NCBI GenBank assembly: GCA_934590135.1
Contig: CAKTOT010000001.1
Span: forward strand, 25,477-89,476
DNA length: 64,000 nucleotides
Direction: 5' to 3'
DNA from: an uncultured Muribaculaceae bacterium
Lineage (GTDB): Bacteria; Bacteroidota; Bacteroidia; Bacteroidales; Muribaculaceae
Part shown: piece after piece, positions 9,259 through 19,100 of the stretch
How the letters are laid out: each line of letters begins with the position of its first letter
Numbering within the stretch: the first letter of the stretch is position 1
The notes under the pieces: generated by a model
Told to the model about the DNA's origin: nothing
Database searches by the model: none
What the model saw: only the letters and a program-made list of their open reading frames with translations
Position numbers and translations under genes: made by a program

Positions 9259-10437
9259 TTATTGGGGTATGTCGTAGAAAGTTTTGGCCACGCTTAGCGG
9301 CAGATGCGAGAGTATGGCCTCGGCGATAGCGCGGGGCGTTTCGGCTCGATAATAGGGGTTGGCGACCGCGGCGGCACGCTTACGAGCCTGAGGCGTGAGG
9401 GCTTTGGCGATGGCCTCGGCGATGTCGTCCGCGGAGGCGGCGCAGTGTATCACGGAGGCGGAACGCTGACGTCCGGCTTGTCGTCCGCCTATGTCAACGG
9501 TGGGTATGTGCATGCTCGGGGCCTCGATGATGCCGCTGGAGCTGTTGCCCACAACGGCGGCACAGTGTGCCATAGCCGAGAGATAGCGGCGTGCCCCGAG
9601 GCTTTCGACAGCCAATACGCGTCCGGGATTGGCGGCGGTGTATTCGGCGGTCAATGAGCGTATTCCGTCGGCGCCGGCATCGTTGTTGACGCCGGTCAGG
9701 ATGATGTTGCAGTTCGGGAAGCGGTCGAGGGCTTGCAGCAAAGCTTCGAAGCGTCGGGCCGGAGTGGCGGCGTGGTCGTTGGTCTCGGGATGATAGGTCA
9801 CCAGGAGCGTGCGGCTCGGGTCGATGTCGAAGCCGTCGAGGCTTTTTCGAAGTTCGTCCGGCGTCATTTTGGGCATTCCCAAGGCGTTGTATACGCCCGG
9901 AGCGCCCACGGTGATGACACTGTCGGGCTGTTCGCCCATCTGAATGATGCGGCGGCGTGCCTCTTCGGTGGCGCACAGGTGCAGCGATGCCAACTTGGTG
10001 ATGGCGTGACGCATACTGTCGTCTACGGCACCGCGAGATGTCTCGCCGCCGTGCAGATGCGTCACCGGAACGGCGGTGAGCACGGCAGCTTGGGCTGCCG
10101 CCAACGCCTCGAAACGGTCGCCGAGTATAACGGCTGTATCGGGGCGCAATTCGGCCAAGGCATCGGCCGTTCCGGCCAGGCATACGGCCGCGACATGGGC
10201 GCGTCCGGCTCCGCTATCGTCCAAATTTTCGGGCACGGCCACGCGGTGAGTCACCTCAAAGCCTTCGGCGACAATACCGTCCACGGTATACCCGTGACGG
10301 CGCGATAGGTGCATATTGGTAGCCACCACCGAGAGACGAACCCCCGGGGTGTCACGCAACAGCCGCGCCGCCGGTGACAGCAGTCCCCAGTCGGCGCGCG
10401 TTCCGGTGATTACGGCTATGTGCGCGGTTTTGTCCAT
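9259..10437 (-). CDS. neuC: UDP-N-acetylglucosamine 2-epimerase (hydrolysing), NeuC/LegG-like
   Basis: IAVITGTRADWGLL N-terminus, HLHGGETSRGAVDDSMRHAITKLASLH core, 392 aa. Confidence 0.85.
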   Translation of the reverse strand: MDKTAHIAVITGTRADWGLLSPAARLLRDTPGVRLSVVATNMHLSRRHGYTVDGIVAEGFEVTHRVAVPENLDDSGAGRAHVAAVCLAGTADALAELRPDTAVILGDRFEALAAAQAAVLTAVPVTHLHGGETSRGAVDDSMRHAITKLASLHLCATEEARRRIIQMGEQPDSVITVGAPGVYNALGMPKMTPDELRKSLDGFDIDPSRTLLVTYHPETNDHAATPARRFEALLQALDRFPNCNIILTGVNNDAGADGIRSLTAEYTAANPGRVLAVESLGARRYLSAMAHCAAVVGNSSSGIIEAPSMHIPTVDIGGRQAGRQRSASVIHCAASADDIAEAIAKALTPQARKRAAAVANPYYRAETPRAIAEAILSHLPLSVAKTFYDIPQ

Positions 10438-10455
10438 TATGCGTAATATGGTACG

Positions 10456-10504
10456 GTGGAGGATGATACACCGATGATTTCACATCGGCGTATGATCCCT
10501 CCAC
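10456..10504 (-). terminator. Imperfect hairpin downstream of the deaminase-like gene
   Basis: GTGGAGG (10456-10462) pairs with CCTCCAC (10498-10504). The inner arms ATGATACACCGATG and CATCGGCGTATGAT pair with 2 mismatches. It lies between the stop at 10525 and the neuC start at 10437. Confidence 0.35.
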
Positions 10505-10524
10505 TGCGTATGGTTGTTTGTTAA

Positions 10525-11025
10525 TTACTTTTTGTACTTGACCACCAAGAGCGAGGCATCGGCATAAGGCAGATGCTTCATTGGTACTTGCGTCAGAGTT
10601 GTGTCTGCCTTGGAAGTATCGTAATCTTCGAGGTTGTACACCCCGGCGCTGACTGCATCGGCTGCGGGTACGGCAAAGTATACGGCATCGGCGCCGCTGC
10701 GGCAGATAGCGTTGTAAGCCTCGGTGGTAGGCTGTATTACGGTGTAGATGCTGCCGCCGTAAAGGCTCTTGCGGCGTGACGATTTGATGGCGTTCTCCTC
10801 GGCGGTGCCGGTGGCGGTAGCCGTGCCCTGCGAGCGAAGTGCGCCGTTCAGGACTACTACGGCGCCGATGGGCTTCTTGGCGGTCTTGGCTACGGATACG
10901 GCCATATCCATAAACATTTCGTCATTGACCGACACCTTGTCGACCTTGGTGATGTTGACGCCTGCGGTGATGGCAAATACGCCCACGAGTACGGCTGCTA
11001 CAGCCAGCATAAATTTCTTTTTCAT
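10525..11025 (-). CDS. Secreted or membrane-anchored cytidine/dCMP-deaminase-fold protein lacking the zinc ligands
   Basis: N-terminal hydrophobic signal MKKKFMLAVAAVLVGVFAITAG. The scaffold FMDMAVSVAKTAKKPIGAVVVLNG ... TAEENAI ... YTVIQPTTEAYNAICRSGADAVYF aligns by eye to the HAE...PCxxC deaminase core with His>Thr, Cys>Thr and Cys>Ala. Confidence 0.6.
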   Translation of the reverse strand: MKKKFMLAVAAVLVGVFAITAGVNITKVDKVSVNDEMFMDMAVSVAKTAKKPIGAVVVLNGALRSQGTATATGTAEENAIKSSRRKSLYGGSIYTVIQPTTEAYNAICRSGADAVYFAVPAADAVSAGVYNLEDYDTSKADTTLTQVPMKHLPYADASLLVVKYKK

Positions 11026-11309
11026 CTGTATATCCTTTCGTTTTAAGTTGTTTTGTTATAGATTATTCTGTCGCAATTTCTTCTGTTATGTATTGTTCTG
11101 TCGTAAGTTGTCTTATCGACGAACATCTTAACGTGTATTGCGTTGTCGTGTATTTTACTAATTTTATGCGTTTAGTTCTATGTCGTCTTGGAAAAGGAAT
11201 GATGTCGATTTCCTCCGATGAATATTGCAGATACGCCGCGCCTCGACTTTCGGCAAAGTCTGTTTATACCCGTTAGACTTGCCGTAAGCCGATAAGTTAA
11301 ATCACAATA

Positions 11310-11317
11310 CAAAGTTA
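11310..11317 (-). promoter_or_regulatory. Candidate -7 box (TAACTTTG)
   Basis: Exact TAnnTTTG match on the minus strand, 285 nt upstream of the ATG at 11025. Confidence 0.3.
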
Positions 11318-11730
11318 CGCTTTTTTTCGCGAAATAATCCCTCGCAGCACACGAAGCTGAAATTTGTCCAACGCATACACCAATATACAATTGCCACGGT
11401 CAGGTCATACGCCATCGCGCTTACGCTGCGGCGCAACCCGGAGTTAATCATTATTGGCAACTCGGCCAAAGAGTGTGGGGCTCTACCCTAATACGATGAT
11501 TTCCATTCCTTAGCTTCGCTATCTTGGCTTGTGCCCTACGGAAAGTCGACATCGGCGGTCGCTGAAATCATTAAGCGTAAAGGCGACGCTAAGCAATTGC
11601 TTACGATGTAGATACGAGACGTAAAAACAGAGGGACAAAAACATATTATATGCGGCGTAATTAAAAAAATAAAGCGTTAAAATTGCGGACAGATTTAAAG
11701 TCCAACTTTAAAATTGTCCAAATTGCGTGT

Positions 11731-11782
11731 GGCTTGGCGTTTGTTGGGCTTGGCGTTTAATAGTGGAAATGGGCTTGGCGTT
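11731..11782 (+). repeat. Three direct copies of GGCTTGGCGTT
   Basis: Copies at 11731-11741, 11747-11757 and 11772-11782, just upstream of the -7 box at 11814. Confidence 0.7.
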
Positions 11783-11813
11783 CCGGGATGATGGTTGTCT
11801 CGGGACTTTTGTC

Positions 11814-11821
11814 TAAATTTG
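11814..11821 (+). promoter_or_regulatory. Candidate -7 box (TAAATTTG)
   Basis: Exact TAnnTTTG match 76 nt upstream of the ATG at 11897. Confidence 0.4.
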
Positions 11822-11896
11822 CGGAACGGAAGGGGTTGCGAACACTTAGCAGCTCTCGGATGTTAGACAATAGATTAAACGACAAAAGACGTTGAT

Positions 11897-13015
11897 ATGG
11901 AATTGAAGAAGATACCCGTGATTGCGCTATGCGTGGCGGCGGTTGGAGCTGTATGGGCGCAAGCCACCGCAGCAACGGCAATGCGGGAACAGTCGGCTAC
12001 ACAAGCGACATCTCAGGATGCAACAGCCGCAGCAACGGCGGCACAGGCCGCCGAACAGGAATATGCAGCGACACAGGCCGCCGGGCTATATGCCGATACT
12101 GTTTTCTGCAATGATACGCTGCTGGTTACGCAGGCGTGGCGGGCTGCTGCCGATGGTAGTCCGGTGGCCGATCATTTGCTGTGCCGGCGCAGTCCCTCGC
12201 ACTGCGATACGGTACGTCTGCTCGGCGCTTTTGATGGTGTATTTGTGGACACGATTAGCTATCGTTTGGGCCTTGTCGTGGGCATCGACACCGCGCACCT
12301 CCGACTTGGGCGGGCGTTGCCCCACGACATTCGCGCCGGCGCCGAAATGGCGCCGATGCAGACACGCACCTATTACAAGACGCTATATACGCCCGGTAAG
12401 AAAGCGGTGTACTTGGATTTTATGCTGACACTGCCTGTGGGGCTTGACACGGTGGCATCGAATATGACGCGGCTTTTTGAGGTGGTCGGGATGAACACTG
12501 CCAATCTCTTCGCCGATAAGCCTATGCCGGTATACGCATACACGGGTATTCCGTCCGACGGCATAGAGCCGGTGATGCCTGCCGAGGACGCTGCCGATGC
12601 TTTCGGGTCTATTAAGCGTTGCTTCGACCGCGCTAACAGTAGTCCCCGTGCTTCGCTGCACCTGGAGATGGCGCCTGTCCGGCGTAGCGATGACGGCAAA
12701 CTGGTGACCGTGATGACATTCTGCGAGTACTACACCGGCGGCGCTCACCCGATGAATACGCGCATGTATCTGACTATGGACGCCACATCCGGGAAGCTGC
12801 TTGGCATCCGTGACATATTCCCGAACGGCATACCGGCAACCGTCCGAGAATTGGACGACCCCTCGTGGTCACTGCCATTAGGGGCGGAAAATATTGATGG
12901 CAAATGGTATCCACGTCCGGCGTATACGCGCGGCGGCATCACCGTCACCTACCAGCCCTACCAAAATGGTTGTTATGCCGATGGCGTTCGGTACGTCACC
13001 ATGCCGCGCCGTTGA
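11897..13015 (+). CDS. Secreted DUF3298/DUF4163-like protein
   Basis: Signal peptide MELKKIPVIALCVAAVGAVWAQA. The C-terminal EYYTGGAHPMNTRMYLTMDATSGKLLGIRDIF matches the YTGGAH hallmark of DUF3298 (RsiV/PdaC-type) domains. Confidence 0.55.
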   Translation: MELKKIPVIALCVAAVGAVWAQATAATAMREQSATQATSQDATAAATAAQAAEQEYAATQAAGLYADTVFCNDTLLVTQAWRAAADGSPVADHLLCRRSPSHCDTVRLLGAFDGVFVDTISYRLGLVVGIDTAHLRLGRALPHDIRAGAEMAPMQTRTYYKTLYTPGKKAVYLDFMLTLPVGLDTVASNMTRLFEVVGMNTANLFADKPMPVYAYTGIPSDGIEPVMPAEDAADAFGSIKRCFDRANSSPRASLHLEMAPVRRSDDGKLVTVMTFCEYYTGGAHPMNTRMYLTMDATSGKLLGIRDIFPNGIPATVRELDDPSWSLPLGAENIDGKWYPRPAYTRGGITVTYQPYQNGCYADGVRYVTMPRR

Positions 13016-13101
13016 GTCCGATCCCCGGGTGTGCAGGACAATAAACGAGGTTCCGTGCCGTTAGTATATAGAGGCATACAGCCTTGCACACCACATATAT
13101 T

Positions 13102-14550
13102 ATGCAACGACAGATATTGTACATCATAGCCATAGTCGGCGCCATGCTGGGCCTCAATGCCTGCATCGAGGACGGTATCTCAACTTCGGCGTCCGACCAG
13201 CCGACATTTTCCACCGATACGCTCAAAATGGGCGTGGTATTCACCGACGAAGTGACAATGACGCATCGCCTGACGGTCTACAACCGCCACAGCAAAGGTA
13301 TGCTCATCAGCGATATACATCTCGAGGGCGAGGGCGCTCAAGATTTTCGCATTAATGTCGACGGCGCCACCGGCGAGACGTTCCAAGGCATAGAAATACG
13401 AGCCAAGGACTCGATATTTGTGATGGTAGAGGCCACACTGCCTGTGCGCAATCAGGATCGGCCGCAGGACGTGAATGCCGACTTGTGTTTTACGGTCAAC
13501 GGCGTGCGCTCCACTGTGGTGCTCAATGCCACGGGTCAGGATGTCAGACGTCTGCATGCCGTCACTTACAATAGCGATACGCACCTCGTTGCCGGACGCC
13601 CTTACCAGGTGTACGACTCATTGGTGGTGGCCGAAGGGGCTACGCTCACGCTTGAACCGGGTGCCGACCTGCGCTTCCACGACGGAGCATCGCTGATAGT
13701 ACGCGGCACCCTGCTGTGCCAAGGCACGGCCGAAGCCCCCGTCAATATTGCCGGCGACCGTACCGGCAATGTCATCACCGACATCACCTTTGACCTGATG
13801 TCACGGCAGTGGCGCGGTGTGCAATTTGCGCCCTCGTCACGTGCTAATGTCATCAGTCATACGTGTATACGCAACACCGACTACGGCGTCATAGTCAACG
13901 GCGGCGATACTCCGCGCGACGACGGCGATAAGCCGATGCTGACCATCATCAACAGCCGATTGCGCAATTCCGGCGATCGTGTGCTTGAGGCATATCACGC
14001 CGACATTACCGCCATAGGCTGCGAATTTGCCGAGGCTTCCAACGGCTTGGTGCTGCTGCACGGCGGACGGCACGTCTTCAACCACTGCACCTTTGCCAAT
14101 TACTACTTGTTCAGCGCCATATACGGCCCGGCGTTGGCTTTCGAGCACCTCAATGCCGACAGTGACGATGGTTCCAAACTGCCGTATACGGCCGCCGAAA
14201 TCACCAATAGCATCCTTTACGGCAACGGGTCGATGCTGTCCCATGGCGACCTCACCGGCACCAATATTTTTCTGCGACGCGACTTGCTCAAGGAAAACGG
14301 CAGTGACGATGCCAATTTCATCGCCTGTCTTTGGGACAAAGATCCGCTATATTACACTGTGCGCGAGGACTACGTCTTTGACTACCGCTTGAAACCCGAG
14401 TCGCCGGCCATCGGCGCCGGTGATGCCTCGCTGATGCTGCCTGCTGCCGCACGTGATGCCTACGGATTGCCGCGTCAGGCCACGCCCGGCGCCGCTCCCG
14501 ACCTCGGCGCATACGTCTACGTCGCCCCAAAGGAAGAAGTATCCGAGTGA
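13102..14550 (+). CDS. Lipoprotein with an Ig-like N-terminal domain and right-handed parallel beta-helix repeats
   Basis: The ATG at 13102 gives MQRQILYIIAIVGAMLGLNAC (lipobox). Periodic segments (ISHTCIRNTDYGVIV, IINSRLRNSGDRVL, FNHCTFANYY, ITNSILYGNGS) are typical of pectin-lyase-fold repeats. Confidence 0.55.
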   Translation: MQRQILYIIAIVGAMLGLNACIEDGISTSASDQPTFSTDTLKMGVVFTDEVTMTHRLTVYNRHSKGMLISDIHLEGEGAQDFRINVDGATGETFQGIEIRAKDSIFVMVEATLPVRNQDRPQDVNADLCFTVNGVRSTVVLNATGQDVRRLHAVTYNSDTHLVAGRPYQVYDSLVVAEGATLTLEPGADLRFHDGASLIVRGTLLCQGTAEAPVNIAGDRTGNVITDITFDLMSRQWRGVQFAPSSRANVISHTCIRNTDYGVIVNGGDTPRDDGDKPMLTIINSRLRNSGDRVLEAYHADITAIGCEFAEASNGLVLLHGGRHVFNHCTFANYYLFSAIYGPALAFEHLNADSDDGSKLPYTAAEITNSILYGNGSMLSHGDLTGTNIFLRRDLLKENGSDDANFIACLWDKDPLYYTVREDYVFDYRLKPESPAIGAGDASLMLPAAARDAYGLPRQATPGAAPDLGAYVYVAPKEEVSE

Positions 14551-14621
14551 CCCCGGACTATCGGCCGACTTTACAGTTGTAATTGTCCGTGCGCCGTGGC
14601 GTAAGTCATATCAACACAAAT

Positions 14622-14672
14622 ACATAAGATATCACCCCCGTCACAAATCGTGGCAGGGGTGATATCTTATGT
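14622..14672 (-). terminator. Perfect 17-bp hairpin between convergent genes
   Basis: ACATAAGATATCACCCC (14622-14638) pairs with GGGGTGATATCTTATGT (14656-14672), with a 17-nt loop. It lies 37 nt past the stop of the minus-strand gene ending at 14709. Confidence 0.65.
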
Positions 14673-14708
14673 GTGCGAAGATGTCCCTCAGTGAATGTAT
14701 CGGGCGCT

Positions 14709-16112
14709 TTAGCGGACGAGGGTCTTGGATGTACGTGCGCCTTGGCGGCGGATGTATACTCCGGCGGGAAGTGAAGCGATGCCGTCTTCGGCTGCTACAC
14801 GTATGCCTTGAAGATTATAGTACTCGATGGCGGCCGAGGCGTCGTCAACAGTGATATCGCTTACGGACAGCGGATAGGGGTCGTCCTCGGTGAATATCGG
14901 CAGCGAGGGGAACCAGTAATTAGCAATCATCGGATAATCCTTGATTGTATTGCCATCGGCATCGCAGCGACGCGTGATGTACGTTGTCTTTTGGTTGCCC
15001 TGATACAGTGACATATATATTTCGTCGGTGACGGGATGCACGCGCAACGAACAGCCGTAGATACTCCATCCGGCGCCTTCTTCCTTGAAGTCGCGGATAA
15101 CTTCGGCTTTTCGGGTGACGGTATTAAAGCGATACAGGTACACTCCGTTGAACCATGCGGCTTGGCCTTTGCCGGCGTTGGCACGCCAGTAGAGGTAGTC
15201 CTGCCGGGTACTTGCGCAGAAGGCATCGGGCGTCCATGCGTACCACGAGTTGTTGGGCGGCAGAACATCATCATCGAGCGTTATGACTTCGTATTCGAGA
15301 GATTTGGGATCGAGGCGCATCAATTTGTTCAGCGGGTTGCCTGTTCCGCGGATATTCTTGTCTGTCGAAATCCACAGGATGCCGGCTCGGTCCTTGACAA
15401 TCGAGCCTATGCCTGCGCCGTCTTGGACCACATCCAATGATATTGTTTTGATGACCTTGTCCGTGGTCGGGTCGATGATTAGGAGTCCCGATTGCTGATG
15501 GGCGGCAAATACGAGGCCGTCGGCCAACAGCATAGTTCCGCACTGGCCTTTGTAGAGCGTCCCCGAGGGGTCAGTCGTTGCTCCGTCGGTGCCGTTGGGA
15601 TTCTCCGTGCCGGGGATTTGGCCGGTGACCGTCAGACTTCGAGTATCGAAAACCCAAATGCCGTTGGAAGAGGAGATGTACACTTTTTCGAGCGATACGC
15701 CGCATACTCCGCGCCCATCGCAACGTTTGCCGGAGGGGTCAATTTCGGTGAGCTGGGCGAGACATTCCATAGTCTTGGCGTCGCACACGGTGATGCGTGC
15801 GCCGGTGACGGATGCTCCGGGGTCTTTTTCCTGCTTGGCTATGATGTACAGACGTCCGCCCCAGGCGATGCCGTGCTGGGCGGTGCATCCGAGTTCCTTG
15901 CCCGAGTTACGGCTTTGGAATACGCGATAGTCCCAGTATACTCCGTTCGGGTCATCGGGGCGCAAGTAATTGATGGTAGAATTTTGGTGTCCGTACCAGT
16001 CTTCGTTGAGGATAAAGAAGCCGCCGCCCAAGTCCTCGGCAGCCACTGCCGCCGATGTTGCGGCGACAGTGGCTGTAAGGATGGCTGCAGACAGTAAATG
16101 TCTGATGATCAT
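14709..16112 (-). CDS. T9SS-exported YncE/BtuG-like beta-propeller protein (paralog 2)
   Basis: The ATG at 16112 gives MIIRHLLSAAILTATVAATSAAVA (type I signal). Propeller start GGFFILNEDWYGHQNSTINYL. C-terminal T9SS type-A-like tail IEYYNLQGIRVAAEDGIASLPAGVYIRRQGARTSKTLVR. About 70% aa identity by eye to the 20591-22000 protein in the N-terminal half. Confidence 0.8.
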   Translation of the reverse strand: MIIRHLLSAAILTATVAATSAAVAAEDLGGGFFILNEDWYGHQNSTINYLRPDDPNGVYWDYRVFQSRNSGKELGCTAQHGIAWGGRLYIIAKQEKDPGASVTGARITVCDAKTMECLAQLTEIDPSGKRCDGRGVCGVSLEKVYISSSNGIWVFDTRSLTVTGQIPGTENPNGTDGATTDPSGTLYKGQCGTMLLADGLVFAAHQQSGLLIIDPTTDKVIKTISLDVVQDGAGIGSIVKDRAGILWISTDKNIRGTGNPLNKLMRLDPKSLEYEVITLDDDVLPPNNSWYAWTPDAFCASTRQDYLYWRANAGKGQAAWFNGVYLYRFNTVTRKAEVIRDFKEEGAGWSIYGCSLRVHPVTDEIYMSLYQGNQKTTYITRRCDADGNTIKDYPMIANYWFPSLPIFTEDDPYPLSVSDITVDDASAAIEYYNLQGIRVAAEDGIASLPAGVYIRRQGARTSKTLVR

Positions 16113-16134
16113 TCGGGTTTGGGGGTTAGGTGTA

Positions 16135-19100
16135 TTACTTGATGATGACTTTGGCGGTCTTATTGCCTTGACGACGTACGTATATGCCGGGGGTGAGATT
16201 GTCGGCATCGACGCGTACGCCTTGCAGGTTGAAGTACTCGATGGCCGCGTCGTTGGCATCAACGGCAACGTCGTCTACGCCCACCTTGGCAATCTTGACG
16301 GCTATGTCGTGGTATGCCACGTGGCCGCGCGATACCGAACGTAGACGCAGCGTGGCATCACCGAAAGTCTTGGGGGTGATGGTCAGCTGTTTGCCTTCGA
16401 TGGCGACATCGGCGATATCTTCGAGCTGAGTATCATTGGCTGCAACGACAGACAGAGCAATCTCTGAATCGACGTCATCGGCATCGGTGAATCGACCGGT
16501 GAGGTCTACAATCTTGGGTTCGTCGTAGTTGTCAAGGTCAACTTTCTCGAGATCGGTGATTACCTCGGCGCGGTCGGGGTTGACCGGCATAGCGGGGAAC
16601 CAGTAGTACGGAGTCAGAGCGAAGTTCTTAAGTTCCTTGCCGGTGGTGCCGTCTACGAAGTAGTACCAATTGTAGCGATAGTTGGAGGAAGAACCGTGGG
16701 TGGTGGCCAGCATCAGACGGTCGTTGACATCGTCATAGCCGATAGTGCCATACTGAGCCTGCGTGGAGCCGTTCATACCTTCGCGTTTGCCCAGAGAGAA
16801 GAGCGGCTCTGATGGTACGTCGCCTTCCATATCCCAGGCGTAGATGTTGCCCGAGCCGGACCACGAGCCACCGTCCATCCAGTAGAGAACGTTCTTTTTC
16901 TTGGCAGCCAGGAAGTTGGTGTGACGCCACGAGCCCCACTGACAAGCTACGCTCTGGTTGATAGCGACTTCCTTGGCGATTTCGGCTGTCTCGGGGTTGA
17001 TGCAGTAGAGCTTCTTGGTAGCCATCATCCATACGTTGCCGTCGGCGGCGAGGACTACGCCTTGAGCGGCGGACTCTTCGATGGTCTTGACATAGGTGTC
17101 GGTGGCGGTGTCGATGACGTGTAGGCCTTTGCCTTGCTGTACGGCAAAAGCATACTTGCCGGCGGCGATGATGTCGCCCATCTGGTTGGAATAGGCACTA
17201 CCGCCGCCGATGCCGGCGATGTCGGCTGCATCAAGGACGTATGTATCACCCTGAGCGCGGCATACGCGTACTCCCGAGGCATGTGTCAGGTAGAATTTGT
17301 CGGGGCCTACACCGCAGGCAGCGCGGCCGTCACCGCCGATTTCGTCAAAGGCGGCAATTTTCTTGAGTGTCTTGGCGTCAGCTATGACCACGCGTCCGCC
17401 GCCGGCTTCGGTGCCGCGGAGGTCGCCGCCGTCACGTGCTTGCTTGGACATTACGACGAGGCGGTCGGCGTATACTGTTGCAAATTGCGAGGTTGCGCCG
17501 AAGGCTTGGAAGGGGTTCTCGCGTTCGTAGACTTTGCCGGTGAAGGCGTAGTCATCGCCTACGAAGTTGATGGAGCCGCTGCAGTGGCCGAACCATTCTT
17601 CGTTGAGCCAGAACATACCCTTGGTGTAGTCGATAGGCGTTTCGCGTTCGCGGTCTTCGACTACGAGCTTGAAGGTGAGCTGTGTGCCGCTGCCGTCGGC
17701 TGCGGTGTAAGTGACGTTGGTTTCGCCGAGCTTGAAGGTGGTCAGCTCGTAGAAGTTGCGCGTGGGATTGAAGGCCTTGGCGGCATAGATGGTGCACAAC
17801 GAGGGGTCTTCGATGGAGATGGTGAAGTCCGTGAGGTCGGCATCGGAGGGTTCGATGACGGGGTTGGCGGCAATCATTGAGTTGTAAGGCACGCGCAGTA
17901 CGCCATCGACTACGCCGTCGAGGGTGATGGATGTCACGGGCTTAACCGGAGCTACTTTGGCTACAAGTATGCCGCGTACGGCGGGATTCTCGGAGCTTTC
18001 GACGTAGATGTATGCATCGCCTTTGACTCCGGAAGTGACTTTGCCGTTGTTCTTATTGTAGCTCAGGACGTTGCTGACGCCGGCAGTGTATGTGAGGTTG
18101 CTGGCGGAGGTGTCCTCGTCGTTGATTGTGGAGGTCAGCGCGTAGGACTTTTTCAGGCCGATGGCATATACGCCGATGGCATCCGGGGTAAGGTCGGCGA
18201 TAGAGAGCTCGATGCCCGAAGGATTGGCGAGTGAGGCGAACTCTTTCCATCCGTCGGCAGTCAGATAAGCTTCGCGGCCTGCGGCGGGTACTGTCACCAG
18301 AGCCGTTGTCTTAACGGCGGCATTGAAGTTGCCGGCAGCGGGGATGACGGGAGTGGCTATGGTGATGTATTTCAGCGCTTCGGCCTTGGACAGGTCGGGC
18401 GTTGAAGTGACGCTGCCGCAGAGGAATAGATCTTCCAGAGCACTCTTTACGGAGAATATTTTGCCGGTATGGTCTGCATCGGTCTTGTCGCTTATCAGTT
18501 GGCGGCCCAACGAAAGCTTGGTCAGCGGGCAGGTTGTCGATGACAAATCCTCTGGGCAGGATAGGAACATGTCCGTGTAGCTGTCGTAATGGGTTGTGAT
18601 CCGCAGCGGCTCGGCGGCGGGCTTGATGGTAAGCTCGGTCAGTGCGCCACAGTTGTTGAAGGCATTGTAGGATATTTTTTTCAGCGATGAAGGCAGGATG
18701 ACCGATGTCATTGTCTTATTGGTGTTCCAATTGCCGTTCATGGCGCCGAGTGCCATGTCTCCGATTTCTTCAACACCTTCGGGGATTTCCACGGTGGTGA
18801 ACTTAGCGCCGCGGAATGCCCAGTCGCCGATAGTTTTCAGTTTATTGCCGGAGAAGCTGACTTTTGCAAGCGTTTTGCAGTCCTCAAAAGCACTCTCGCC
18901 GATCGCGACGACAGAAGATGGGATGGATATGCTCGGAAGCACACGGCAGTCCTGAAATGTGCCGTTGAGTTCGGTTACGACGCATTTCCAATTAAAATTC
19001 ACCTTGGTAAGGCTAAGACATGACTGGAAGATAGGCCCGGCGACCTTAAGGCCGGTGGGGAAGGCGATGCTTGTCACGCCGGTACACGAGTTGAAGGCGT

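Noticed and set aside
11401-11640. Possible tRNA, tmRNA, SRP or other structured RNA gene in the long spacer
   Set aside because: I could not fold a cloverleaf or find conserved boxes of known housekeeping RNAs by eye. I leave it as unexplained non-coding DNA rather than call a gene.
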